A stretch of DNA of 64,000 nt. Source: a virus (taxonomy: Duplodnaviria > Caudoviricetes). Below are positions 27,424 through 36,821 of this stretch, piece after piece. The stretch covers positions 830 to 64,829 of the IMG/VR virus record IMGVR_UViG_3300008267_000148, one strand, 5' to 3'. The position numbers and the translations under genes were made by a program. Position 1 is the stretch's first letter. The number at the start of each line of letters is the position of its first letter. The notes under the pieces were generated by a model, which worked only from the letters and a program-made list of their open reading frames with translations, made no database searches and had not been told where the DNA came from.

Positions 27424-28620
27424 TTATTCGACTCTCATCACATAATAAAGTACTCCGTCCTCACCTCTAACAGAATCATAACTTCCGTCGTAACTATTCA
27501 TAATACCCCAACCATCGTCGGCAACTAAACCTTTGGCTAATTCTTTCTCATCAACAAAATTTTTTAATTCCATACCATACTCTCTAATATATTGGATTGG
27601 GTCTCTTTTAACTTGATACACCAGTTCTTCAACTTTGTTATCAACCATTTCTTGAGTAACTTCGTCAGGTGTAATGTCATCCTTCTCTGACTCTAAATCA
27701 TCTATTAGATTTTGAAAGTCGTCATATAACTCATCGTAATCTTCGGCTTCAGTATCTAACTCTCGTTGTTGACGTTCATAATCCTCAATTTGACTCTCAA
27801 TTTCGGCTATTTTTCTTTCTTGTTCAGATGTTAATTCGTAATCACCCTCAGTAAAGTAAATTTCAGGATTATTCCAAACATCGTCTTCATAAAAGTCTTG
27901 GAAGTAGTCCGCAACCTCATCTTTATCAACGTATTCATCAATATAACCTTCTCTAAAACCATCTAAACCAATATCCTGAATATAGTCTTCTGAGTATCGT
28001 AATGCAGCGTCATCCATTTCCCTTTCATCACCAACAGCGTAAGCCCCGTCTTGACCTAAAACTTCAAAAGTTTGTAGACCATAATGGGCGTAAGGCTGGG
28101 GTACAACATCGTACACATCAGCTTCCTCATCATCAATCGTACCTTCTTCATTCAAATATTTAAATAATGCGTTTGCCTTTAAACCTACATCATCTGAGTT
28201 ATCAATACTCCATTCTTCGTTTGCTCGTCTAACATCAGCCTCAGCTCTTTTCTTTCTCAATATTTCAGCGTCAATCTTTCTTTGTAAAGGAGTATTACTT
28301 TTACTAACATAACCTCTAACTTGTGTTGTACCTAAATCACTTATGTTTGTACTATTAATATTTAAACTACCGTTAATGTTTGCAACATTACCAAGTGAAT
28401 CTGTTGGTGTGTTTGATAAATTAACATCACCATCAATCCATAAAGGCTTACCTTCAAATCTAGGTAAACGAGTAATACCTTTTCCGTGATAACCAGAAAG
28501 TTTCATCAGTTCCATATATTCATTCGCACCAATCTTAAAATAATCACCTTCGGTTTGTTCAACCAATCGTTTGATTAGATTACGGAACTCGCTCTCATTA
28601 AGTCTCACTTTACGTTTCAT
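27424..28620 (-). CDS. acidic late protein with RLNESE leader and short LRR-like segment
   Basis: MKRKVRLNESEFRNLIKRLVEQ; IDGDVNLSNT..SLGNV.NINGSLNINST.I.DLG; TATTTAT at 28625-28631. Confidence 0.75.
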   Translation of the reverse strand: MKRKVRLNESEFRNLIKRLVEQTEGDYFKIGANEYMELMKLSGYHGKGITRLPRFEGKPLWIDGDVNLSNTPTDSLGNVANINGSLNINSTNISDLGTTQVRGYVSKSNTPLQRKIDAEILRKKRAEADVRRANEEWSIDNSDDVGLKANALFKYLNEEGTIDDEEADVYDVVPQPYAHYGLQTFEVLGQDGAYAVGDEREMDDAALRYSEDYIQDIGLDGFREGYIDEYVDKDEVADYFQDFYEDDVWNNPEIYFTEGDYELTSEQERKIAEIESQIEDYERQQRELDTEAEDYDELYDDFQNLIDDLESEKDDITPDEVTQEMVDNKVEELVYQVKRDPIQYIREYGMELKNFVDEKELAKGLVADDGWGIMNSYDGSYDSVRGEDGVLYYVMRVE

Positions 28621-28724
28621 AACTATAAATACTCAACAATTATAATAATTTTAATTAGGATGTTGACATTTAAATGGTTGTGAGTAATATTTATAAGTAA
28701 ATAAACAAACTAATTTATTTAATC

Positions 28725-28892
28725 ATGGGATGCGGTTGCAAAAACAAAGGTAATCAAACTACACAATCAGTTTCTTCTGCTCAACCTAGTAGCCAACAAA
28801 CCTTGGCTCAAGTTCAGGCACAACAAACAAACAATACTTCTATCCAAGAATCTATTCGTAAAGTTGTTGAGAAATACTACAATAAGAAGTAA
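28725..28892 (+). CDS. small protein MGCGCKNK... (55 aa), missing from the ORF track
   Basis: ORF read by hand; TATTTAT at 28688-28694; terminator hairpin at 28921-28945. Confidence 0.75.
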   Translation: MGCGCKNKGNQTTQSVSSAQPSSQQTLAQVQAQQTNNTSIQESIRKVVEKYYNKK

Positions 28893-29001
28893 TTAACTGA
28901 GTCAGTTTGAAATTTAATTGAAAGGTGGTATGTTTTACCACCTTTTTCTATTTATATATCCATATTTTTTTGGTATATATTCTAAAAACATTAGTACAAG
29001 T

Positions 29002-29817
29002 ATGAATTTTATCAATCTAAATTCTAATAGGGGTATCGTAAATCTATTTGCCGATTATATCTTAACCCACCTAAATAAAGACAATGAGTATGACACTGTA
29101 ATTGAAGTTACTGATTCGGGTAAATTCTTTGTAATTAACGGACTTACAAATAGAAAAGAACTTCTTGATATGAATGATATCAAAATAAAGTTCTCAACTG
29201 AATATTCAAACCTTCTAAATGACTTTGGTTATACAAATATCAACGTAATTGACCTAATCTCTTATGATGTTGAGTTGGAAAAGAAAGATGATATGTGGTT
29301 AAAATTCTACTCTAGTGATAGAATCATTTACCCACAAGACCTTATTGATACGGTTACTAATGACTTAAATAAGATTAAGTACCACTCAATATCACCTGAG
29401 TTAGTTATTGAATTAGATTACTCGGAAAAAACTTTATCAAACGAATTTTGTAGGTTTGTTCCAATGACCATCACATCAGAGTTTCCTCACGGACATAGTT
29501 TGAGTATGGGTCGGTCAGTATTATATTATAGTGAATACATATGTAACCATTTAGAATCAAGTTTAAGAACTGGTGATATTGTATTTAAGTTCAGTACTAA
29601 AATGAATGATGATGATGACTACGATATTTCAATAACAACTGATTCGATTTATAAAGACTCTGACATTACATCAGTAATTTTAGATGTCTTTGATTTCAAC
29701 CTTACAAAGTTCACGAATGAAATAAAGGGTTACAATGTCATTAAAGACATCACTAACCCTTTTGATAGTAAACCGTGGTTGGTTAAAGATAAATCAAGAG
29801 ATATTTTTATTGTCTAA
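29002..29817 (+). CDS. degenerate S-adenosylmethionine-synthetase-like protein
   Basis: weak resemblance to MetK N- and C-terminal segments (..ADYIL.., V.NG.T, PHG....GR..YY..YI..., .V.DVFDF); canonical GAGDQG/GGGAFSGKD absent; start revised to MNFINL. Confidence 0.45.
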   Translation: MNFINLNSNRGIVNLFADYILTHLNKDNEYDTVIEVTDSGKFFVINGLTNRKELLDMNDIKIKFSTEYSNLLNDFGYTNINVIDLISYDVELEKKDDMWLKFYSSDRIIYPQDLIDTVTNDLNKIKYHSISPELVIELDYSEKTLSNEFCRFVPMTITSEFPHGHSLSMGRSVLYYSEYICNHLESSLRTGDIVFKFSTKMNDDDDYDISITTDSIYKDSDITSVILDVFDFNLTKFTNEIKGYNVIKDITNPFDSKPWLVKDKSRDIFIV

Positions 29818-30356
29818 ACTCTTTTTGAGTAAGAGACAATCTGATAGAAATCTTTTTTCTGAGTACAATAATCTCGAACCAATTCGAGTAAGTTCTTGAA
29901 CATGAAAGCCCCTGGTGTTTGTTTCTCACAACGGATAAATAATTCAATCATACCTGATACAAACTCAACCGAGAACGCACCTAAGTTTTCCAAGTCTTGG
30001 TACTTATCACTGAAATACTCAGTGAACATCAACTCATAATTGTTTCTTTGCTCAACAGAACTAAATGGTTCCAATCTGTCATATAACTCCAACCATTCTA
30101 TAATAAAGTTGGTCACATTGTTTGGTGCGTGTTCGTACTTTAATAGTAAGTCAACAATCCAATGTGTATGTGATGGTGCTCGTAATCTAGAGTTTGGTGT
30201 TCGATATTTAACAATATAATCTAATTCAGGATTACCACCTCGGCTCCCTTGATAGATTGCAATATAACCACCGTTATCCATTTCCCATGACTTGAGTGGT
30301 TCGTGTTTTATTCCTTTTTTAGTGTAAGATAGATTCATAGTATCAGTATATAACAA
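29814..30356 (-). CDS. hypothetical protein
   Basis: 180-aa ORF; R.R.PSHTHWIVDL and EKQT motifs. Confidence 0.7.
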   Translation of the reverse strand: MLYTDTMNLSYTKKGIKHEPLKSWEMDNGGYIAIYQGSRGGNPELDYIVKYRTPNSRLRAPSHTHWIVDLLLKYEHAPNNVTNFIIEWLELYDRLEPFSSVEQRNNYELMFTEYFSDKYQDLENLGAFSVEFVSGMIELFIRCEKQTPGAFMFKNLLELVRDYCTQKKDFYQIVSYSKRV

Positions 30357-30405
30357 AAAAAGGACACTAACAAGTATCCTTTTAAAAAATCAATGAAAAA
30401 CTTAA

Positions 30406-30690
30406 TTATTTTTCTAAATGTTCTCGGATTATTTTAACCCCTTCATCTATCTCATTGAAATCTCTTTCAGGTGCAAATAGATGTGTTTTAGGGTCTTTTT
30501 CTGGTGATTCTATAATCATGAAAGCGGGTACATAATCATTTTCAGTAACCTCAACAAAAAGGTCATACTCTTCTTCATGTTCGTCGATATCTCTCTCGAC
30601 AAAATTAAGATTAGATTCTTTAAGTTTTTCTTTCATTTCGACACAATAGGGACAACCCTTCATCGTGAACAACACCACCAACTTATCCAT
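30406..30690 (-). CDS. glutaredoxin-like protein
   Basis: CPYC active site, VP cis-Pro motif. Confidence 0.85.
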   Translation of the reverse strand: MDKLVVLFTMKGCPYCVEMKEKLKESNLNFVERDIDEHEEEYDLFVEVTENDYVPAFMIIESPEKDPKTHLFAPERDFNEIDEGVKIIREHLEK

Positions 30691-31006
30691 TTAACAAATC
30701 TTGTGCAAATTCTTTTAATTGTGATTCACCCAAAACTCCTGACCTAGTAAACGATTCTTCACCACCGTTAAATCCTTTAACCGTAGGGATTGCTCTAATA
30801 CCCAAAGTAGCGGCTAAATTTCTGTTTTCTTCAACATTCAAAGTGTACATTTTAACACCACTCTCTGATTCGTTAACCTCACTAGCAACTCTTTCAAATA
30901 CCGGTTTCATCATACGACACGGACCACACCAAGGTGCCCAAAAGTCTACGATAAGTTTCTCACCATTGTTAATTTTTTCCTGTAAAAGGTCTTCTGTAAT
31001 TTCCAT
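30683..31006 (-). CDS. trxA: thioredoxin
   Basis: VDFWAPWCGPC, IPT. Confidence 0.93.
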   Translation of the reverse strand: MEITEDLLQEKINNGEKLIVDFWAPWCGPCRMMKPVFERVASEVNESESGVKMYTLNVEENRNLAATLGIRAIPTVKGFNGGEESFTRSGVLGESQLKEFAQDLLNG

Positions 31007-31010
31007 AATT

Positions 31011-31346
31011 CTATTTTATCTTTTTAAGTTCATTTGTTGTATAATCAACAATATCTTGTTTGTTGGTCGTACTCAATATAAATACATCACCTTGGTCATT
31101 AAGATACAAATATATTCCTGTAGAGTCAAATTCTTTTAATGTTTTTACATCGTGTTTGATACCTTCTTCATCAATAAACTTTTCATACCAAATCGTATGA
31201 TATCTATTACCCAACATTCTATCGTATATCGACTCATTAAATGGTGGTCTTAGGTGGGTAATCGAAGGATAAGACCCAAATTTATTCATAAAATATATCA
31301 AACAATGTTCTGGTACCATATTACATAAAAGGTAAATCATCCCCAT
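31011..31346 (-). CDS. hypothetical protein
   Basis: ORF between PcfJ-like gene and trxA; true start may be the Met at 31319. Confidence 0.6.
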   Translation of the reverse strand: MGMIYLLCNMVPEHCLIYFMNKFGSYPSITHLRPPFNESIYDRMLGNRYHTIWYEKFIDEEGIKHDVKTLKEFDSTGIYLYLNDQGDVFILSTTNKQDIVDYTTNELKKIK

Positions 31347-33093
31347 CTAGTTGTAAATATTCATTTACATTTACTTCTTCACCCCACTGTAATGAAGCGT
31401 ATTTCCTAGGGTATTCTTCACCCAAATAATAACCTAGTGTAGGTTCACCAACAACCATCTTGGTGTGAATTTGTTTTTTGTTATGTTCTAAAACACCTTC
31501 AGGTAAATCAAATGTTTTGTTGTCAACCAATTTCTGTACTCGTTCATCTAAAATGTTGAGGTATGAATCCCACATGTCCTCCAATCTACTATTAAATCTA
31601 CCCAAACTCTGAACTCTCTTTAATTCAAATATCTTTTCACCGTCGTGGCGTATTTGGTATTCAATGGTGGCTCTTTCTTTACCATTAACATCTCCCAATC
31701 TAAGTGAGATGATAACTGAAGACTCTCGTTTAATATATGTCTTAACACAATTGGACTGGTGGGCGGACTCCGCATTATACTGACCACTATTCAAAAGTAA
31801 CACTGGATGAGCAACCTCATCAATACCTAAAATAACTCTCTCAACTTCTTCTTTGAACTTGTGAGGATAAATCCTGTGGAATGTTCCTTTATTTATGTAA
31901 TCAATCTTTTCAGACCAGTCCATATGTTCCTGTAAGAAAGAGTCGTAATTATTAGACTTCCACTTAATATTTTCAATATCTCGTAATCGAGTGTAAAACC
32001 TAAAGTGGTCATTGAATGTTGATTGAGCAATATCACCCGATATAACTAACTTAAGGATTTCAAACGCGTTTTTGCGTTCCACAGGTCTTTCTTGTAATAT
32101 TTTAATTCTTTCAGGATTAATACTGTAAGTAATGTGACCTAAATTATGGTCGATAATACTTTTAATCGTATTATCATCCAATGATAAGACAAACTTCTCA
32201 CCAAAAACATTTTGGATATCAAATAATCCAGTTAAGTTAGTTGTTGTGGTAGTATGTAAAATTCGTTTTAGTTTATCACCCTTAAGACCATTGAGTTTCA
32301 TGTAGGCTTCAATGTACTTGAAGTTGGTTTTCTTTAAATGTTTTTTGGTAACGGCAGGAAACGAAGTTCTAAATATTTTCCAATTGTTAGGGTACTTAAT
32401 ACCATTATGGTCCAAGTACAATTTATACATTAACTCATCAGAGGTTAAATTAGTTTCCAACGTCTTAATAGGTAATTGGCTAAAAAACGTTTGAATAACC
32501 TCATTAACAAATTGTGACAGGTTTTCAGGTTCTTTGGTAGAGATTCTACCATCAGGTATAAAATAAGAGTGTAGAGCACTTCTAAGATGAGCTTTAATAC
32601 CATTCATAGGTTCACCATAAAAGGTATTCTTAACCATCCTCTTAGAACACTTTCTTTTCTTGTGGTAATTGGTCATGTGACCGTAATAAACCGAACCTTC
32701 CTTTTCATTAAACCCCACGTATCTCATACCAGTGTGTTTAACAAAATAAGGTTTACCAACTCTTCTGGCATTTGAGTAATTAAAAACCTTTAAAGCGGTC
32801 TTACCTTCAAATCTTTCAATAACAACAATAACCCTTTCGTACATCACAGATGCCAATGGATTACCATAATTTTTAAGAAAGGTCTCCTCGTCTTTTTTCT
32901 CGTGGTCTAAAGTAAACTTACGGTATTTTGGGTGGTATTCGCTAGGACCAAGAATATCACTAATATCACCAAACGGGTCATCTTTATTTATATCAAAATT
33001 TCTCGTGACCGCAACAGGGTTAAAGACATTGGTGTCTTTATGAAACCCGGTGTAATGACGTTCAAATACTCTCTTATATAACGTTTCCCTCAT
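31321..33093 (-). CDS. PcfJ-like domain protein
   Basis: EH...; ES.HQSNCVKTY, SLR, RATIEY, QSLGRFN. Confidence 0.8.
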   Translation of the reverse strand: MRETLYKRVFERHYTGFHKDTNVFNPVAVTRNFDINKDDPFGDISDILGPSEYHPKYRKFTLDHEKKDEETFLKNYGNPLASVMYERVIVVIERFEGKTALKVFNYSNARRVGKPYFVKHTGMRYVGFNEKEGSVYYGHMTNYHKKRKCSKRMVKNTFYGEPMNGIKAHLRSALHSYFIPDGRISTKEPENLSQFVNEVIQTFFSQLPIKTLETNLTSDELMYKLYLDHNGIKYPNNWKIFRTSFPAVTKKHLKKTNFKYIEAYMKLNGLKGDKLKRILHTTTTTNLTGLFDIQNVFGEKFVLSLDDNTIKSIIDHNLGHITYSINPERIKILQERPVERKNAFEILKLVISGDIAQSTFNDHFRFYTRLRDIENIKWKSNNYDSFLQEHMDWSEKIDYINKGTFHRIYPHKFKEEVERVILGIDEVAHPVLLLNSGQYNAESAHQSNCVKTYIKRESSVIISLRLGDVNGKERATIEYQIRHDGEKIFELKRVQSLGRFNSRLEDMWDSYLNILDERVQKLVDNKTFDLPEGVLEHNKKQIHTKMVVGEPTLGYYLGEEYPRKYASLQWGEEVNVNEYLQLDGDDLPFM

Positions 33094-33109
33094 AATATAA
33101 ATTTAAGTA

Positions 33110-33135
33110 AAAAAAGGGGGAGTTTCAACTCCCCC
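33110..33135 (-). terminator. intrinsic terminator
   Basis: gggggagt-ttca-actccccc hairpin with U-tract on the minus strand. Confidence 0.8.
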
Positions 33136-33142
33136 ATTGTGA

Positions 33143-33898
33143 TTAACACAACTCTTCGGCTAGTTCCCAAAGTTTAGTATTCACTTGGTTCACCGCCATG
33201 ATGTTTTTCAATCCACGTAGACCAGTCTTACGACCACGAGCCGATGTGTATTCAACACCCCCACGTACAAACTTCTCTTGTACCACGTTGAAGACATTCC
33301 ACAAAGAGTTTTCCTTATCTTCCTCACGAATAGGATTAAGAATAGACATCACATCAAGTGAAGATGGTACTGAACCTGCTTTCCAACGAATATCAACCGC
33401 CTTCTCGATGAAGTTCACACGCTCAAGTTCAGTCAACTCACGACCCATCATTCGGTCAACAGACCCTTGAATCTTAGGGAGTCGACCTGCGAAACTCTCA
33501 GTCAAACGTTTAACGTCTTCCAAATCAAATCGACTGTGTCGGATGTTAAACGCTTCAGACAATGATGTTGGTACCGTTAGACCATTACTACAAACCAATC
33601 GGTGTAGACCAGCACTTACCGAGAATGTCGCCATTCCGTTGTGTGAATTACGGATGATTGCCTCAACCAAAGAGTCACCAACCTTTGGCAACTCACCGTT
33701 ACGGAAACGGAGTTCGTGCATTGAGTGGTTACCACGACCAGTCTGTTTTACAGATGCCAAGTTCCATCCTTCAGATTGGAAGTTATCCATAATCTCATGG
33801 GTAGGAACGAATACGTATCGGTTAGATAATTTTGGTGAGGGTGATGTTGCGAATACTGACGGAGCAACTTCTTTAATTAATTCGGGAGTATAAATCAT
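33143..33898 (-). CDS. DUF932/DUF945 family protein
   Basis: APSVFA..P...S.RY.F.PT, NSHNG, GLHRLVCSNGL, LWNVFNVVQE, N.KLW.LA. Confidence 0.88.
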   Translation of the reverse strand: MIYTPELIKEVAPSVFATSPSPKLSNRYVFVPTHEIMDNFQSEGWNLASVKQTGRGNHSMHELRFRNGELPKVGDSLVEAIIRNSHNGMATFSVSAGLHRLVCSNGLTVPTSLSEAFNIRHSRFDLEDVKRLTESFAGRLPKIQGSVDRMMGRELTELERVNFIEKAVDIRWKAGSVPSSLDVMSILNPIREEDKENSLWNVFNVVQEKFVRGGVEYTSARGRKTGLRGLKNIMAVNQVNTKLWELAEELC

Positions 33899-33922
33899 AT
33901 AAGGTCTTTTTTAATTACCCTA

Positions 33923-33953
33923 CAAAGGTAGGGATAATTTCTCAAACCACAAA
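33923..33953 (-). promoter_or_regulatory. Bacteroidota sigma-A promoter TTTG-N19-TACCTTTG
   Basis: consensus match upstream of the DUF932 gene. Confidence 0.75.
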
Positions 33954-33955
33954 AT

Positions 33956-34243
33956 TTAATTCATACAAATATCACCGAATTTTGTGTGGATAAAGATATC
34001 ATCAACAACTTTCTTAGTTTTGATTTCATCTTTATGAGTATCAAGAAGTATATCAAGGATTTGGTTACGAGTAATCTCAACGTCATCACCCTTTTCAAGG
34101 TTTTTATAACACTGAACCTCAACCTTGGCAAAAAATTCATCTTTGTCAGTTTGACCAATCAGCGAAATAAGTTCGTTAGGATTCTTCTCAAAGAATGTAA
34201 TGAACTGGCTGATGTATATTTCTACATCCACATTTTTCATCAT
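33956..34243 (-). CDS. hypothetical protein
   Basis: 95-aa ORF. Confidence 0.7.
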   Translation of the reverse strand: MMKNVDVEIYISQFITFFEKNPNELISLIGQTDKDEFFAKVEVQCYKNLEKGDDVEITRNQILDILLDTHKDEIKTKKVVDDIFIHTKFGDICMN

Positions 34244-34270
34244 ACTATTTTTTTTACAAAAATAATAAAA

Positions 34271-35653
34271 TTAGTTCACATAGTAAAAACCACCACCCTC
34301 ATCTGAAAGTTTTTCTTTCAATCTTGGTGGAATATTCACATTCGGGTTAGAGTCTTTCAAGTTAATGAAAGCCAAACCTGGAATGTCAGCTACCGACTCA
34401 GGAACTGCCTGTAAGTCTTTGTTAGATGGTAAAGCTAAGAAGTTTAAGTTCTGTAACTCACCAATAGAGTTAGGTAATGTTTTAATAATATTTTGGAACA
34501 ACAACGCTTGAAGTGACTTGAAACGTCCTAATGATTCAGGTACATTCAGTGCAATATCTTCTTTTGATTTGTTGTTAATTAACAAGTGTTCAATATCTTC
34601 AGGTAATGATGCAAATAACTCATCAAATCCGTAAAGTGCTACGAACTTACCTGCCGAACTATCAGGGTAATTAATTTCAACTTTCTTACCACCTTTGTTT
34701 ACCAATCCTTTAGCGAATTCAGGTTTGAAGAACTCTTTCAAACCTTCTTCTTGTCCGTTCAAGAAGTCAACCAAATTGATTTGTCTATCTTGTGGGTCCA
34801 TATATTGGTTAGATGGGAAGTGGAATTGGTATCTCAAAGCCGGAAGACCTGAAACATCACCAAATTCTTTCTCACCTGAGAATTTTCTACCTGAGTTAGG
34901 GATTACAACGTACAAAGGTCCGTCTTTAATGTATCCATTAAAGTAAGATAAACCAGGTGATGATGTACACCATCTTGTTTCACCTCTTGAAGGTTCTTGA
35001 TATGAACCACCGTAGAATTGAGCGGCATCCTTACCTAATTGACCTTGGTCTGAAATACGAGCCACAGTCCAATCACTACCACGGAATACAATCTCAGCAC
35101 CAGGGTGTTCGTATGTTTTAGAGGCTTCTTTCTTCTCTTCTTTGGTCGCCTTTGTTTTCTCTAAACTAAAGTCTTTAACTTGGTCGTAAAGAGTCTCAGG
35201 AGTCAATTTGTTAATATCTCTAAACTCTTGAGGTAAACGGTTCTTAAATCTTTCGTATTTCTGTAGGTCACCCGTTACCTTGTACAAGTCTTCAATAAAC
35301 AAACGTTGGAACTCAGCAAGCGCTGATTTGTACTGAGGTGAATTGGGGTCAACATCAGGTCCAACATTTAATTTAGGTGATACAAAGTTTTTCAATAACC
35401 ACTGAGTATATTTACCAACTTTCACATTGTCCATATCCTCAACACTCAACGATTCAACCTCAGCACCTTGAGGAGCCTTAGTTGTAGGGTCAGCGAAAAT
35501 GATATCTTTTAGAGTATTAAAGTCCATAATACCTTTAACTTTTTTACCTGGTTCAGGTTTAGCTTTAGGTGATGGCTTAACTAGTTTGTCATATAATACT
35601 TGGAATCGTGATTGCTCAACAATTAAATTTGAAAGTAAGTTAGTAAATCTCAT
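34271..35653 (-). CDS. late protein with LIVEQ leader, RWCTS motif and C-terminal leucine-rich repeats
   Basis: MRFTNLLSNLIVEQ; GETRWCTSS; VPESLGRFKSLQAL / LPNSIGELQNLNFLAL / VPESVADIPGLAFINL. Confidence 0.8.
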   Translation of the reverse strand: MRFTNLLSNLIVEQSRFQVLYDKLVKPSPKAKPEPGKKVKGIMDFNTLKDIIFADPTTKAPQGAEVESLSVEDMDNVKVGKYTQWLLKNFVSPKLNVGPDVDPNSPQYKSALAEFQRLFIEDLYKVTGDLQKYERFKNRLPQEFRDINKLTPETLYDQVKDFSLEKTKATKEEKKEASKTYEHPGAEIVFRGSDWTVARISDQGQLGKDAAQFYGGSYQEPSRGETRWCTSSPGLSYFNGYIKDGPLYVVIPNSGRKFSGEKEFGDVSGLPALRYQFHFPSNQYMDPQDRQINLVDFLNGQEEGLKEFFKPEFAKGLVNKGGKKVEINYPDSSAGKFVALYGFDELFASLPEDIEHLLINNKSKEDIALNVPESLGRFKSLQALLFQNIIKTLPNSIGELQNLNFLALPSNKDLQAVPESVADIPGLAFINLKDSNPNVNIPPRLKEKLSDEGGGFYYVN

Positions 35654-35725
35654 TTCTGTGTTTTTATTAAATAAATATCAAATAAAGCGAAAATATTCTG
35701 TTTTTAGTAGTTCATTATTCTGTTT

Positions 35726-36565
35726 TTAGTAGTTCATTATTAATAACTCTTCACCCATGTTTTGTGTTGTCCCTTTTTTAGCCGAGGCAGCCTTAGCAAA
35801 TTCTTTCTTAACCCATGTGTATTTGTCTTCAGGAAACCACTCATGTAATAATTCAAAATCATAATAAGATAAACTGAATTTACCTTTAATCTCATCTAAG
35901 ACATTAGCCAATCTTTCGTGGTCATCTCGGTCAAAATCATGGTTGGAGTAGTAGTTTTCAGTCTTCCAATATGGTGGGTCCAAATAGAAGTATGTTGTTG
36001 GACTATCAAACTCCTGAATTACACTTGCAAAGTCTCCAAGTCTAAAGTGAGTAATCTTTTTGAAATGGTCAAGCCAGTCGGGTTTAGAAAGTTTATCTCG
36101 GAATGTAAGGTACTTTGATTTGTACTTACCTTTAAGGTCAATGAAGTTAGATGTTTCAGGTTTAGACCCACTGAATACCTGTGTTAGAATGTAGGCGTAC
36201 TTAGCCGCAACATCATAATCAGGGTAATTGATTGTAAACCCTTCACCGTACAACTCAGATTGAAACTTTTTAAACTGTTCTTTATAGATAGGTGGGGTAT
36301 TCTCAACATCTCGTTCTTGACACGGAATACGGTTTACCGCATTTAACAAAACATCGGGGTTCTGTAAACACATAAATAAATTGTAATTTAACGGATTGAA
36401 GTCGTTGTATACCACCCTCTTTAAATTAGGGTACTTTGACAAATCCATATTAAAGAAACACCAAAACATTCCACCAAATGTTTCAACGTATGTTTCCATA
36501 TCTGTAGGGTAATGTGGTACAATCCACTTACCAATTTTACTTTTACCTCCTATATAACTCAACAT
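35726..36565 (-). CDS. Dam/D12-class DNA adenine methyltransferase
   Basis: YIGGKSK, YVETFGG, YNDFN, FYLDPPY, ELLIMNY. Confidence 0.9.
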   Translation of the reverse strand: MLSYIGGKSKIGKWIVPHYPTDMETYVETFGGMFWCFFNMDLSKYPNLKRVVYNDFNPLNYNLFMCLQNPDVLLNAVNRIPCQERDVENTPPIYKEQFKKFQSELYGEGFTINYPDYDVAAKYAYILTQVFSGSKPETSNFIDLKGKYKSKYLTFRDKLSKPDWLDHFKKITHFRLGDFASVIQEFDSPTTYFYLDPPYWKTENYYSNHDFDRDDHERLANVLDEIKGKFSLSYYDFELLHEWFPEDKYTWVKKEFAKAASAKKGTTQNMGEELLIMNY

Positions 36566-36583
36566 ATGTTTTCAAATTTACAA

Positions 36584-36615
36584 CAAAGATAAGTAATAAA
36601 AACCAAAAAGGCAAA
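36584..36615 (-). promoter_or_regulatory. Bacteroidota sigma-A promoter TTTG-N20-TATCTTTG
   Basis: exact consensus upstream of the adenine methyltransferase. Confidence 0.85.
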
Positions 36616-36674
36616 TGTTACTTTGAAATATTTTACATTATACATTAAATGAGGTATATTTATCAAAAAACATT

Positions 36675-36821
36675 ATGGGAGAAAAAAAGAAGTGTACTAG
36701 TTGTGGAACTTTCGCCAAGAAAAATAGATGGTTCTTATTAATATCTTTATATATGGCTTATGCGGCTATTTATGGTACCATCGAAATTGCTAAAAGTGTT
36801 TACACTTATTTCACCCGTTAA
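36675..36821 (+). CDS. small CxxC membrane protein (48 aa, MGEKKKCTSC...), missing from the ORF track
   Basis: ORF read by hand; TATTTAT at 36657-36663; one TM helix. Confidence 0.65.
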   Translation: MGEKKKCTSCGTFAKKNRWFLLISLYMAYAAIYGTIEIAKSVYTYFTR

